From a virus, in IMG/VR virus record IMGVR_UViG_3300008116_000004: 64,000 nt of DNA, one strand, 5' to 3'. The position numbers and the translations under genes were made by a program. This document shows positions 34,001-43,379 of the stretch, piece by piece. The number at the start of each line of letters is the position of its first letter. Within the stretch, counting starts at the first letter, position 1. The notes below the pieces were generated by a model. That model was not told the DNA's origin. It ran no database searches and was given only the letters and a program-made list of their open reading frames with translations.

Positions 34001-35376
34001 ACTAGTAGCTCACTAAAACGAGATTTCTTTTCTTCACTAATAGCTGGTTTAGGATTATTAAAGACTTTTGTATCGTCGATAAGATTATCTTGTGCTGACT
34101 GTTCTGTGTTAAATAATCTCATCTTTGCTCTATCAATACCAACTACAAATTTCTTATACAATGTAGGATCATTATAACGGTTCTTTAATTGCTTAACCAT
34201 AATCTGACTAACAGCTTCTAACTCATCTGTACTAACTAATGCAAACATCAAATCTGCTGTAGCAGGTAGACCAAAGGACTCAGCAGTATCTGTAAGTTCA
34301 ACGTCGGAATTGCCATAACCACCTCTGGTAGTCTGTGTAGCAGATACAATAGGCACATTAAACTCAACGGCAAGACCACGTAGTTCTTCAGCGATAGCTT
34401 TGATGTACGTGTATGAGTTAACATTAGAACCAGAACGAATTCTGCTACTACTACATATATTAAGATAGTCAATATAGATGACATCGGGTATAAAATTGCG
34501 CTTAATTCTAAGTTCATTAATTAAATGCCTGAAATTAGCTGATCCTGCAGATGCTGTAGGATACTCTTTAATAATTAGCTTACCAACAGTCTTCTCTTTT
34601 ACTCTACCAATCTTCTTATCATAGACGTCTTTTGGCATAATAGTAAGTTCGTCTACTGTTACATTAAGAAGATTAGCATCGATACGTTCTGCAATCTTCT
34701 CTTCTGACATTTCCATTGTAATGTAGAGAACGTTCCTGCCACTCACTAGATTGTGAGAAGCACAATGACACATAAACAAAGACTTACCAACACCAGTGCC
34801 GGCCAGAGCGATATTGAGAGTCTTGCGGACCAAGCCGCCTTTCGTAATCTTGTTAAAGAATTCCAGGTCGAAGGGAATATGTTCTTCCCTGCGATGATAG
34901 AAATCATATCGATTATCGCTATTAAGAAAATAGTCATGACCCACGCTAACATCAAAAGACACCCCAAGAGCATCGCTGAGAAGAGTGGGTATGGAGCCAG
35001 TGCTTGAAGTTCCGGACTTATCATCGAGGATTTTAATCGATGCCATAATTGCATTGTAAATAGCCTTATCCTGACAGAACTTTTCTGTACTATCTAATAA
35101 CCATTGTATGTCCGTGTTATCTGTTTGTAGATCTTCGATTGTACGTTTAGAATCTTTAAACGTTACTTCTGATAGACCTTCTTTATTATTCAACTCAAGA
35201 AACAACACTTCCTTAGTAGGAGTGTTGTTATACTTTTGTACATAATCGGAAATTAATTTATAGACAACCTTATCTGGTTGGTTATGAAAATATTCATCCT
35301 TAAGAAAAGGTAGAACCTTTCTTGCAAATGCTTCGTTATAAATTAAATGCGAAAGTATCGTCTTTTCAATCATCAA
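33997..35376 (-). CDS. 41: Replicative DNA helicase, T4 gp41-like
   Basis: ALAGTGVGKSL Walker A, IIKEYPTASA, IDYLNI, SATQTTR, KQLKNRY. Confidence 0.95.
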   Translation of the reverse strand: MMIEKTILSHLIYNEAFARKVLPFLKDEYFHNQPDKVVYKLISDYVQKYNNTPTKEVLFLELNNKEGLSEVTFKDSKRTIEDLQTDNTDIQWLLDSTEKFCQDKAIYNAIMASIKILDDKSGTSSTGSIPTLLSDALGVSFDVSVGHDYFLNSDNRYDFYHRREEHIPFDLEFFNKITKGGLVRKTLNIALAGTGVGKSLFMCHCASHNLVSGRNVLYITMEMSEEKIAERIDANLLNVTVDELTIMPKDVYDKKIGRVKEKTVGKLIIKEYPTASAGSANFRHLINELRIKRNFIPDVIYIDYLNICSSSRIRSGSNVNSYTYIKAIAEELRGLAVEFNVPIVSATQTTRGGYGNSDVELTDTAESFGLPATADLMFALVSTDELEAVSQIMVKQLKNRYNDPTLYKKFVVGIDRAKMRLFNTEQSAQDNLIDDTKVFNNPKPAISEEKKSRFSELLV

Positions 35377-35621
35377 AGATCTTTCTTTGTGCTCTGTTTA
35401 ACAACTACTGGAATTAACAAATCACCCCAGTAGCCACCTTCTACATGGTGACGAGAGACACGTTGTAATTCTACTGCAAGTCCTAACTCTACACAACGAA
35501 TAACAGCATTATTAACACGGTGTAGATCATTACCAAGCTGACGAATAGCAGATGTTTGCTCATCATTCATAAATGATGTAAACTCTTCTGAGCGTTCCTT
35601 AACCTTAGGTTTATTATTCAT
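35373..35621 (-). CDS. Small hypothetical protein
   Basis: EQTSAIRQLGNDLHRVNNAV...GGYWGDLLIP; fills the uvsX-41 gap. Confidence 0.6.
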   Translation of the reverse strand: MNNKPKVKERSEEFTSFMNDEQTSAIRQLGNDLHRVNNAVIRCVELGLAVELQRVSRHHVEGGYWGDLLIPVVVKQSTKKDL

Positions 35622-36669
35622 CATCGTCATCCTGTTCTTCTTGTTGAATCAATGCACCACCCACTAAAGTATATTTGTTTTTAATATAGTTTGCAAAGTC
35701 TGTCTTAGAGAAAATTTCTTTCCATACTGCTCCATTATCTTCAATATCAGCAGCTCTCATTTTCTGACCAGATACTTCACCGGTAGTGCGATCAACAATC
35801 TGATACCATCCGTTAGATGGTTTAACGACATAACCACCCTCAATAGCCAAATCCAAGAGTCCGGACCACTTCTTGATCCCACCTTCATAGCTAACTGTGA
35901 TTGGAATCTTAGACTTCTCTTTAACATAACGTGACTTTTCTACATTAATAATAAAATTATAACCGGCAATCTCACCGCCGTCTTTTTCTTGTTGACGACC
36001 AAGAATCCAGATAGTATCTGCTGAGTAGTAAATACCTGTACCACCACCAACAATTGCCTTAGGGAACATTCCAATTTCCATATATGTATGGTTAACAACG
36101 ATCAATGGAATGTCTTTAAGAGTAAGATGAGGTGTAACCATACGGAAGAGTGACTTAAGAGACTTTGCACGAGACATATCTGCAACAGACTTCTCGTTCA
36201 TAGTATCTTCAACTTCTTTCTTGGAAGCCAAGTTACCAACAGAGTCTATGACAATAACGACCTTATCATCACGTTTTACTTCTGCAAGCTGTTTCATAAT
36301 ATCAAACTTAAGTTGTTCGATATCAGTGATAGGTGTATGAAGCACTCTATCCATATCAATATTGAATGACTCAAAGTACCCCTTAGGAGTACCAAACTCT
36401 GAGTCATAGAATAAAAGAACACTATCTGGGTACTGCTTCATATAAGCCGATGCCATAAGGAGAGAAAAGGCAGACTTAAAATGTTTAGATGGTCCAGCTA
36501 GAACTGTAAGACCAGGTGTCAAGCCTCCATCTACACTACCTGATAGTGCTACGTTCACCATAGGAACGTTAGTTTGAATCATATCTTTCTTACCGTAAAT
36601 TTTAGAATCGGTAAGCACTGCTGTATCTTCTATAGTAGAATTTTTAATCAAACGGTTAATAAGTGACAT
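35614..36669 (-). CDS. uvsX: RecA-like recombinase UvsX
   Basis: AGPSKHFKS, FYDSEFG, IDSVGNLASKKE, GGTGIYYSAD. Confidence 0.95.
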   Translation of the reverse strand: MSLINRLIKNSTIEDTAVLTDSKIYGKKDMIQTNVPMVNVALSGSVDGGLTPGLTVLAGPSKHFKSAFSLLMASAYMKQYPDSVLLFYDSEFGTPKGYFESFNIDMDRVLHTPITDIEQLKFDIMKQLAEVKRDDKVVIVIDSVGNLASKKEVEDTMNEKSVADMSRAKSLKSLFRMVTPHLTLKDIPLIVVNHTYMEIGMFPKAIVGGGTGIYYSADTIWILGRQQEKDGGEIAGYNFIINVEKSRYVKEKSKIPITVSYEGGIKKWSGLLDLAIEGGYVVKPSNGWYQIVDRTTGEVSGQKMRAADIEDNGAVWKEIFSKTDFANYIKNKYTLVGGALIQQEEQDDDDE

Positions 36670-36688
36670 AATATAGTTTCCTGTACAA

Positions 36689-36940
36689 TTAGCTCTTTAA
36701 TACATTATCCAATTTTTTGATAAATTCATCAATCTTTTTCTCACGATCAGGCCAAACAATATTTGGCTTATCTGGATTTTTCTTAAGATTGTTAAGTAGT
36801 GGCATTATCATTTTATACATTGTCTCAGCTTTTGTCTGAGCTATAGCTGCTTGCTGTTCTTTCTCATTAACTGCATCAGTTAAGTCGTCACTGAAGTCAA
36901 AACCAAAATCGAAATCTAAATCTATTTCATTCTTTGCCAT
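36689..36940 (-). CDS. Conserved T4-like hypothetical protein
   Basis: FDFGF...PLLNNLKKNPDK..IVWPDR. Confidence 0.7.
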   Translation of the reverse strand: MAKNEIDLDFDFGFDFSDDLTDAVNEKEQQAAIAQTKAETMYKMIMPLLNNLKKNPDKPNIVWPDREKKIDEFIKKLDNVLKS

Positions 36941-36951
36941 AAGTATATCCT

Positions 36952-39489
36952 TTATACAAAAAACTCTTCTAAGGAACTTTGTTTCTCAACATGCCATCCG
37001 ATAGCATCGAGAATAGTCTTAATAGGTTCGACAAATGCCTTATCATACTGTGTATCATAATCTATGTATTGATCCATACCAAGCTGTCTTGGTAGAGTAC
37101 CTGGGCATGCAAAAACGTTTTCACGTATAGGGTTAGGCATTTTCATATAACAGAACTTAATCTTATCACCGTCTTGAATAAGAGGAAATCTCTGATCAAG
37201 TTTCTTCTTCTTAAGAAGATCATTATAGAGTAGTGCTGCTCTTACGTGAATAGGTAGTGCTTTCTCACCTAGTTTGTATGGTATCTTACCCATACCACCA
37301 TCATGAGTTAATTTACAACCACGGGGAAATGCAACATCTTCAAAAGGTAGAGTACTAAACTCATTACGAAACTTCTGAATAAACTCTTGTGTAGCTTCTT
37401 CAGTTTCGTTCATAATAACATTAATACACTTTTTAATGTTAGCGCGACATGCAGCAGGGGTAGAAGAACGAACAGCTTCGATACCCATCATCTTTAGTTT
37501 AGGTTCTGAATACTGAACACCTTCGTTATTCCATACATTAAGAATATATCGCTTCTTAGCAGTCCAGATGCCTTTATTAGCGATAGCTTCTCGTTTCATT
37601 TTCATTTTCTGATCGTAGGCATTAACATATCCGCTAAGCTGTTCGTAACATGACTCAATAAAAGGTTCAATGCGATCTTCGCATGCACGGTCCAAGAATT
37701 TGACGATTGGTTCAACTGCATCGCCTTCATTAAAAAATTGACCGACCAAAGCGTCAAGCGTGATGTACATAGAATCCGTATCGCAAGCAATGACATAATC
37801 TTTATCCTTAGTCTTAAATAGTTTGTTTAGATACTTGTTCATCTCTCTTTCCATCCACTTAATAGAGAGCTGACCAGATAGTGTAATTGATTCGGCTAAT
37901 TTATTATCAAACCATCTAAAGTATGCGTTAGATAATGCACCATATGCTGAGTTCAATTGAATCTTTTTAGCAAGCTGCATGTTATGGTTTTGTGCAATTG
38001 CCTTCTCAGTTTCTGGTGTAGGATTTACTTCGTGTTCTTTCTTTGCCTCGATCATTCTCTTTTTGTAGATGACACGGTCATCATACATCTTCTGCATCAA
38101 TCGGGGAAGAAAACCTTGATAATCTTTGTCAAACATACAGCCACTAGCAGCACAAGTAAGATTGGAAGATAGAAGCTGATTACGAACAGAAGGCTCGTTA
38201 AGGTATCCATTTAATATTTTCTCCACACCATCTTCACCGTTAATGGCTGAAACGTGACCGACATATGTCTCCGGTGAAATATTATATTGCATAATCAAGT
38301 GAGGATAGAGAGAGTTCAAGTCAAACGAGACAACCCACTTATGCATACCAACCTGAGGATCCTTAACATAGGCACCGATAATCTGTCTTTCTTTCTCGGT
38401 TACCTTAAGTTGAGGAACAACTATGTTCTGACTGAGCAGGTAGTTATGGATGATAACATCCCACATTCTCACAGAGGTAAACGTATCTTGATAGTTCACC
38501 TTAGCATCATAAGCAATAGCAAATACCTGCTCAATCAGTTTCAGTTTATCGTCTAGACGACCAACCAGATCAACGTCTCGAATGTTATACTCAATGAATA
38601 GCTGGTAGTTCTTTTTGTAAAGGTCAAAAAGACTTTCGTATTCAGAATAATCGAGTTTACGTTCACCTAGTTCAATATTAGCAATATGGTCTAGACGATA
38701 TGACTCTTGCATCGTAAAAGTAAATTTACGGTACATCTGCATATAGTCAAGAAGAGAAATGCCTACAGGGACGTAGACTTGGTTATCACGTCCTGCAATA
38801 GTAACAGTTCTTTCTTCTAGAAGTTCCCATGGTGATAGTTTCTTTGCCATACTATCACCAAGGATACGCTTGATGCGGTTAACGATGTAGGGAATATCGA
38901 AGAACTCAATATTCCATCCAGTAACAATATCAGGTGAGAATTGTTTTGCACGCCATACATCTAAGAATTTTAAGAGTAGTTCACTCTCATCTTTACACTT
39001 AAGATATTTTACTTTAGGGTCATCTGTAGTAAACTCACCACAACCAAGAACAACATACATGTCATCTTTCTTCATTGTGATAGCAGTGATCTCTTTGTCA
39101 GCAGTCTGAATATCAGGAAAGCCTTGATCAGCCGCGACTTCGATATCGATATTAACTATAGATATAAGTCTAGGATCATAATCAATATCACCGGAATAAT
39201 AGTCATTAATAAATGGATAAACGAAGTTAGTAAATCCATATGTAGTAAAGCCTTCAATACCATCGTAACGTTTAATAAAGTCACGAGCAGCAGAAGGCGA
39301 ATCAAATTCGACACGGTCAACTTGTTTACCTTTTAAATTACGGTATATAGAGGTGCCATTATTATTCTTTGAGTGAATAAACAAATAAGGTTTACAAGGT
39401 ATAGTATGCTGTACACGTTGACCATCTTCATAACCACGAAGAAGAATATTATTGCGGTTTAGTGCAACAGAAGTATAAAATTTACTCAA
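36952..39489 (-). CDS. 43: Family B DNA polymerase, T4 gp43-like (probable TTG start)
   Basis: DIEV exo motif, SFDLNSLYP, KIQLNSAYG, DTDS, KKRY. Confidence 0.95.
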   Translation of the reverse strand: MSKFYTSVALNRNNILLRGYEDGQRVQHTIPCKPYLFIHSKNNNGTSIYRNLKGKQVDRVEFDSPSAARDFIKRYDGIEGFTTYGFTNFVYPFINDYYSGDIDYDPRLISIVNIDIEVAADQGFPDIQTADKEITAITMKKDDMYVVLGCGEFTTDDPKVKYLKCKDESELLLKFLDVWRAKQFSPDIVTGWNIEFFDIPYIVNRIKRILGDSMAKKLSPWELLEERTVTIAGRDNQVYVPVGISLLDYMQMYRKFTFTMQESYRLDHIANIELGERKLDYSEYESLFDLYKKNYQLFIEYNIRDVDLVGRLDDKLKLIEQVFAIAYDAKVNYQDTFTSVRMWDVIIHNYLLSQNIVVPQLKVTEKERQIIGAYVKDPQVGMHKWVVSFDLNSLYPHLIMQYNISPETYVGHVSAINGEDGVEKILNGYLNEPSVRNQLLSSNLTCAASGCMFDKDYQGFLPRLMQKMYDDRVIYKKRMIEAKKEHEVNPTPETEKAIAQNHNMQLAKKIQLNSAYGALSNAYFRWFDNKLAESITLSGQLSIKWMEREMNKYLNKLFKTKDKDYVIACDTDSMYITLDALVGQFFNEGDAVEPIVKFLDRACEDRIEPFIESCYEQLSGYVNAYDQKMKMKREAIANKGIWTAKKRYILNVWNNEGVQYSEPKLKMMGIEAVRSSTPAACRANIKKCINVIMNETEEATQEFIQKFRNEFSTLPFEDVAFPRGCKLTHDGGMGKIPYKLGEKALPIHVRAALLYNDLLKKKKLDQRFPLIQDGDKIKFCYMKMPNPIRENVFACPGTLPRQLGMDQYIDYDTQYDKAFVEPIKTILDAIGWHVEKQSSLEEFFV

Positions 39490-39793
39490 AGAAAATATCC
39501 AATGTAGGAGAAGGAAGATCGTCTGGCTCAGGGGAGTATCGTTCACGTAATTGTTTCATTATACTATACTCTTTAACATTATCCAACGTAAACTTTAAAA
39601 TATCTAAAGCATCCTGTAGTCGACAATCTCTTACGTCTTTAATAGGTTTACCAAACACACCTTCAAGCACAGAATACATATGAGGTATTGCTCCTCTAAC
39701 AGGATGAGAATCTAAAGGAGGCAATAGCGGTTGCATCTTAGGAGCGTACTCTAAGATTTGTTTACGTATTATGTCTCGGTTGTATTTGTTCAT
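39482..39793 (-). CDS. Hypothetical protein
   Basis: ORF track; overlaps the gp43 start. Confidence 0.6.
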   Translation of the reverse strand: MNKYNRDIIRKQILEYAPKMQPLLPPLDSHPVRGAIPHMYSVLEGVFGKPIKDVRDCRLQDALDILKFTLDNVKEYSIMKQLRERYSPEPDDLPSPTLDIFFE

Positions 39794-39830
39794 TCTATAT
39801 TTTAGAATGATATTTAAATAAATTCAACTG

Positions 39831-40034
39831 TTACTTATTTTTAGCTCTGGCTTTACCAGCTTTCATGTTAGCTAGCCAGTGTGCTAATTGTCCTTTACGA
39901 CCGCCTTGTTTAGCTATCTTACGTAAAGTAGAGACTGAAGCTTTTGTAGGAACCCCATGACGTTTGCTATCCCCTTTATCTTGAGGATTCTTACCGTCCA
40001 TAAAATTCTCTGTAAATTCTTTAAATGTTATCAT
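39831..40034 (-). CDS. Small basic protein with capsid-targeting-like N-terminus
   Basis: MITFKEFTE; CATAAATA late-like promoter immediately upstream. Confidence 0.6.
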   Translation of the reverse strand: MITFKEFTENFMDGKNPQDKGDSKRHGVPTKASVSTLRKIAKQGGRKGQLAHWLANMKAGKARAKNK

Positions 40035-40047
40035 ATATCTATTTATG

Positions 40048-40070
40048 AAAAGAGGGGCCGTAGCCCCTCT
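40048..40070 (-). terminator. Rho-independent terminator
   Basis: AGAGGGGC-TACG-GCCCCTCT-TTT. Confidence 0.75.
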
Positions 40071-40072
40071 AA

Positions 40073-40384
40073 TTACTTGTAAGATGGATTATAGTGTTTA
40101 AAGGCTTCTTTCCAGAAAGATGAATAGAGTTCATCACTCATCTTTGTCTGCATTGCCTTAAACGACTTACCATTCCAAAGCTGTTCTTGGATCTTAGCAA
40201 GTTCACTTGTGATTACACCAACTGCACTTACTGTTGCCTTTACTGCTTCCTTAGTGTATGCAGTCTGAGCATCTACAAACCCGTTAAGACTTTCAGCAAT
40301 AACTGGATTAGTTACTACTGATTTTACTACAGCTTTCTTCGTACTTTGTACTGTATCAATGAATGTGTTAAGTTCTTCCATCAT
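40073..40384 (-). CDS. Helical hypothetical protein (phasin-like)
   Basis: FIDTVQSTKK...FVDAQTAYTK; AGGAG RBS. Confidence 0.55.
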   Translation of the reverse strand: MMEELNTFIDTVQSTKKAVVKSVVTNPVIAESLNGFVDAQTAYTKEAVKATVSAVGVITSELAKIQEQLWNGKSFKAMQTKMSDELYSSFWKEAFKHYNPSYK

Positions 40385-40506
40385 TTTGCTCCTGTATTGA
40401 TGAAGACTAATTCGTCTACTGTATATGGCCACATATTGTTCTCCTTATGTATGTTTGAAAAACATGTGACCTATGACAGCTGTTACTAAAAGAGTTACAG
40501 CATCAA

Positions 40507-40662
40507 TCATATGCGTGATCTTACTACGTCATAGATATTAGTTCTATGAATACCAATATCTGCAAGATCTCTATCTGAAAGAGCACTAAGTTCACGAACA
40601 GTTTTTCTCATCTTCGCTTGACGTTTAAGCCAGCGAGATACTTTTTTTCCTATAGATATCAT
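40507..40662 (-). CDS. DUF1127 (YjiS-like) small protein; absent from ORF track
   Basis: RWLKRQAKMRKTVRELSALSDRDLADIGIHRTNI. Confidence 0.85.
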   Translation of the reverse strand: MISIGKKVSRWLKRQAKMRKTVRELSALSDRDLADIGIHRTNIYDVVRSRI

Positions 40663-40663
40663 A

Positions 40664-41170
40664 TTACTTTGCTTTCTTATCTTCTGTTAAGAGTTGCTTT
40701 GTATCAGCAACTTTGCTCTCAGTGGCAGTATCAGTAATATCAATCTTCTTAGGCTTCTTTGAATCTGGAATGATATTCTCGAGCCAAATCTTAAGCATGC
40801 CGTTTACAAGTTCGGCATTCTTAATTTCCACAGTGTCTGCGAGAGAGAACTTACGAGTAAATGCGCGATCAGCAATACCCTTGTGAAGATAATCTACATT
40901 ATTATCTTCGCTTCCGATTGCTGAGTTGCCGGAAATAATTAATGAACCATCCTGGAAAGTCATATCAAGTTGATGCTTACCAAAACCAGCAACAGCCATT
41001 TCGATGACGTACTTATTGTCGTCAACTTTGGCAATATTGTATGGTGGATAGTTTGGGATTACTTTTGAGAGAGTTTCGTTTGCTTCTTCGAATCTCTTGA
41101 TCATTGGTTCAAAACCAACGAAATAACGGTCGAAATTTGGCAAATCAAAAAGTCTTGCTAAATTAGTCAT
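40664..41170 (-). CDS. Small heat-shock protein Hsp20 (IbpA-like)
   Basis: NYPPYNI, IEMAVAGF, YLHKGIADRAFTRKF, NGMLKI. Confidence 0.9.
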   Translation of the reverse strand: MTNLARLFDLPNFDRYFVGFEPMIKRFEEANETLSKVIPNYPPYNIAKVDDNKYVIEMAVAGFGKHQLDMTFQDGSLIISGNSAIGSEDNNVDYLHKGIADRAFTRKFSLADTVEIKNAELVNGMLKIWLENIIPDSKKPKKIDITDTATESKVADTKQLLTEDKKAK

Positions 41171-41279
41171 ATTTGTCCTCCTGTTAAGCAAGGTTAATGT
41201 AACGTAGACCCATAAGGCGTCTACATAAATATATATAATGCTAAACCGTATAAAATGCAACTAAAAACTTATATCTGAT

Positions 41280-41612
41280 ATGAAAAATCTTGTTACCGTA
41301 ACAGAAAAAGCTAAGAAATACTTATTAGATGCGTGTTTATCAGAAAACCGCAATTCTATAAGACTTGAAGTTATAGGTGGTGGTTGTGCTGGGTTTAGCT
41401 ATAAGTGGGAACTATCGGACCAAAAAGACCCTTTAGATAGTATAGTGCCTTTAGACGAGTCTCATGAACTTATTGTGGATGATACGAGTCTTATGTATGT
41501 GATAGGTACAGAAATTGATTATGAGCAAAAGCTTGGAAGCAGCTCTTTAGTCATTAAAAATCCTAACGAATCTTCTTCCTGCGGATGTGGAAAGTCATTT
41601 AGCGTAGGATAG
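41280..41612 (+). CDS. iscA: Fe-S cluster assembly A-type carrier (IscA/HesB)
   Basis: GGGCAGFSY, NPNESSSCGCGKSF. Confidence 0.9.
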   Translation: MKNLVTVTEKAKKYLLDACLSENRNSIRLEVIGGGCAGFSYKWELSDQKDPLDSIVPLDESHELIVDDTSLMYVIGTEIDYEQKLGSSSLVIKNPNESSSCGCGKSFSVG

Positions 41613-41859
41613 GAGTTCAAAATCGACGTCCCACAGACGTTTGATATGGAGTGGTCTCAGTGTTATTGGCGATTAGTGTATTGGCAACACAATGTTAAGG
41701 AGTACAATTACCCTAGGTGGGACGTAAAGTCCGACTGGTCGAAACAGTCTATTTACAATGCGTGGGTTGAGGCGGTAAGTAAATCAGATCCAACTATTAG
41801 GATAAGATTAACTTGTCAAAACGGAAAGTATATAGTTCTAGATACCAGATGAGGATATT

Positions 41860-42273
41860 ATGATACCTACAGATCCAAAAGAAGCAGCAGAATTAGGTAA
41901 AAAATGGGGTGAGACCATTACAGATTCAGTATTTGGTTTTTCTGATGATATAAAAAAAGTAAAAGCTAAGAATCAGGTTACTAAAGCACGTAATGAATTA
42001 GTCAAAATAAATAATGAAATAGCACGTAATAACAACCTTCTTCGCCAGCAAGCTATGAAAGAGTTAGCTGACGAACAAGAAAGAAAAAGAATGGCTATGA
42101 TGTCTCCTGCTCAAAAGGAGGCTTATAGAAAGGCAAAAGAAAGAGCAGCATTAGAAGAACGTAATAGACAAATTGATGCAGAAAATACTAAACAAATAAT
42201 ACTTGCATCTCTAATTGGTATTTTAATTTTCTTTGCAGTTGGTATGGGTATTTTATTTTATTTGAGACACTGA
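41860..42273 (+). CDS. Coiled-coil protein with C-terminal TM anchor
   Basis: Helical repeats, C-terminal hydrophobic segment; GAGG RBS. Confidence 0.65.
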   Translation: MIPTDPKEAAELGKKWGETITDSVFGFSDDIKKVKAKNQVTKARNELVKINNEIARNNNLLRQQAMKELADEQERKRMAMMSPAQKEAYRKAKERAALEERNRQIDAENTKQIILASLIGILIFFAVGMGILFYLRH

Positions 42274-42274
42274 T

Positions 42275-42592
42275 ATGGAATTTTTTGTTAAATTATTAGC
42301 TGACGTAGGGTTTCCTATTGCAGCAGCAGGTGCAGCAGGATACTTTGTATTTAAAATGATGCAATTTATCTTAGGTACTGTTATTAAATCTATTAAAGGA
42401 TTAGAAGCGATTATTTCTGGTCTTGATGCACGTGTAAGAGTTATTAATAATGAGATTGTGAAAACAGATAAACTTCTGTCTCAGATCATCGATGTTCCAA
42501 CTGACCCAGAAATAAGTTCAAGATCTAACGATATGAGAACATTAGTAAGAACGGAAGATGGTGGAGAATCAGAAGACGAACTTCGTAATTGA
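42275..42592 (+). CDS. YvrJ-like single-TM coiled-coil protein
   Basis: ADVGFPIAAAGAAGYFVF followed by a coiled coil. Confidence 0.6.
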   Translation: MEFFVKLLADVGFPIAAAGAAGYFVFKMMQFILGTVIKSIKGLEAIISGLDARVRVINNEIVKTDKLLSQIIDVPTDPEISSRSNDMRTLVRTEDGGESEDELRN

Positions 42593-42702
42593 GGTGAGAG
42601 TTTCTAAAATAAATGATAGGCGATATTATTCAGTATATGATGCAAGTAGAAGAAGATTATTGTTACAAACAAAATATTTAAAAGAAGTGGAAGTGTTTAC
42701 AA

Positions 42703-43011
42703 ATGGATATGGACATAGGGGAACTAGTCAATAAGTATGGATTCCCAATCATCGCAGCTGGTGGAATGGGATACTTCATTTACTTTATCTGGATGTGGAC
42801 GACAACTGAAGTGAGTCCTGTTCTTGCAGATGCAAATAAAACACTTATTGGTCTCATTGACAGAGTAAGAAGATTAGATAATGATCTTATCAGACTTAAT
42901 CAGAAACTAAAAATGACTGTAATACTAAAACAAAAAGCAGATTACAGTAAAGCCGATGTTAAAAAGTTCGATGCTGATATGGAAAAATCATCAGTAAAAA
43001 GGAGAGACTAA
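42703..43011 (+). CDS. YvrJ-like single-TM coiled-coil protein (paralog)
   Basis: NKYGFPIIAAGGMGYFIYF...LIDRVRRLDNDL. Confidence 0.6.
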   Translation: MDMDIGELVNKYGFPIIAAGGMGYFIYFIWMWTTTEVSPVLADANKTLIGLIDRVRRLDNDLIRLNQKLKMTVILKQKADYSKADVKKFDADMEKSSVKRRD

Positions 43012-43379
43012 TGAGAAAATTTATTATTTTAGGAACTCTACTATTTGCATCTACTGCAATTGCTGGTAATAATATTCTTCCTTTAAGACCTGGTATTACA
43101 AATAATAATGTAATGTTTGGTACTGCAGTTATTCAAGTAGAAAAGGCACCTATTCAAGTAGAGAAACCTAAAAAAGGTAAACCTACTAACAAACTAGAAT
43201 CATCTGATGAGTTTCCATCTGTAGATGGATACTTCGAAGGTCCACTTCCTGAAGTTATTTTTACCGGTGAACTTGAAGGGAGAGATGGAGAAGGTTCAAG
43301 TGTTGATGAGATTACAGAAGTAGGTTTATTTCCACAACCTTATTATTACTGTATTGACTGTATCAATACATCAGAGTAA
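43011..43379 (+). CDS. Secreted hypothetical protein
   Basis: Signal peptide; acidic C-terminus with CxxC. Confidence 0.55.
   Translation: MRKFIILGTLLFASTAIAGNNILPLRPGITNNNVMFGTAVIQVEKAPIQVEKPKKGKPTNKLESSDEFPSVDGYFEGPLPEVIFTGELEGRDGEGSSVDEITEVGLFPQPYYYCIDCINTSE

Noticed and set aside
33997-39489. Inteins or introns in helicase, UvsX or polymerase
   Set aside because: ORFs are continuous and of normal T4-like length, with no intein or homing-endonuclease motifs.
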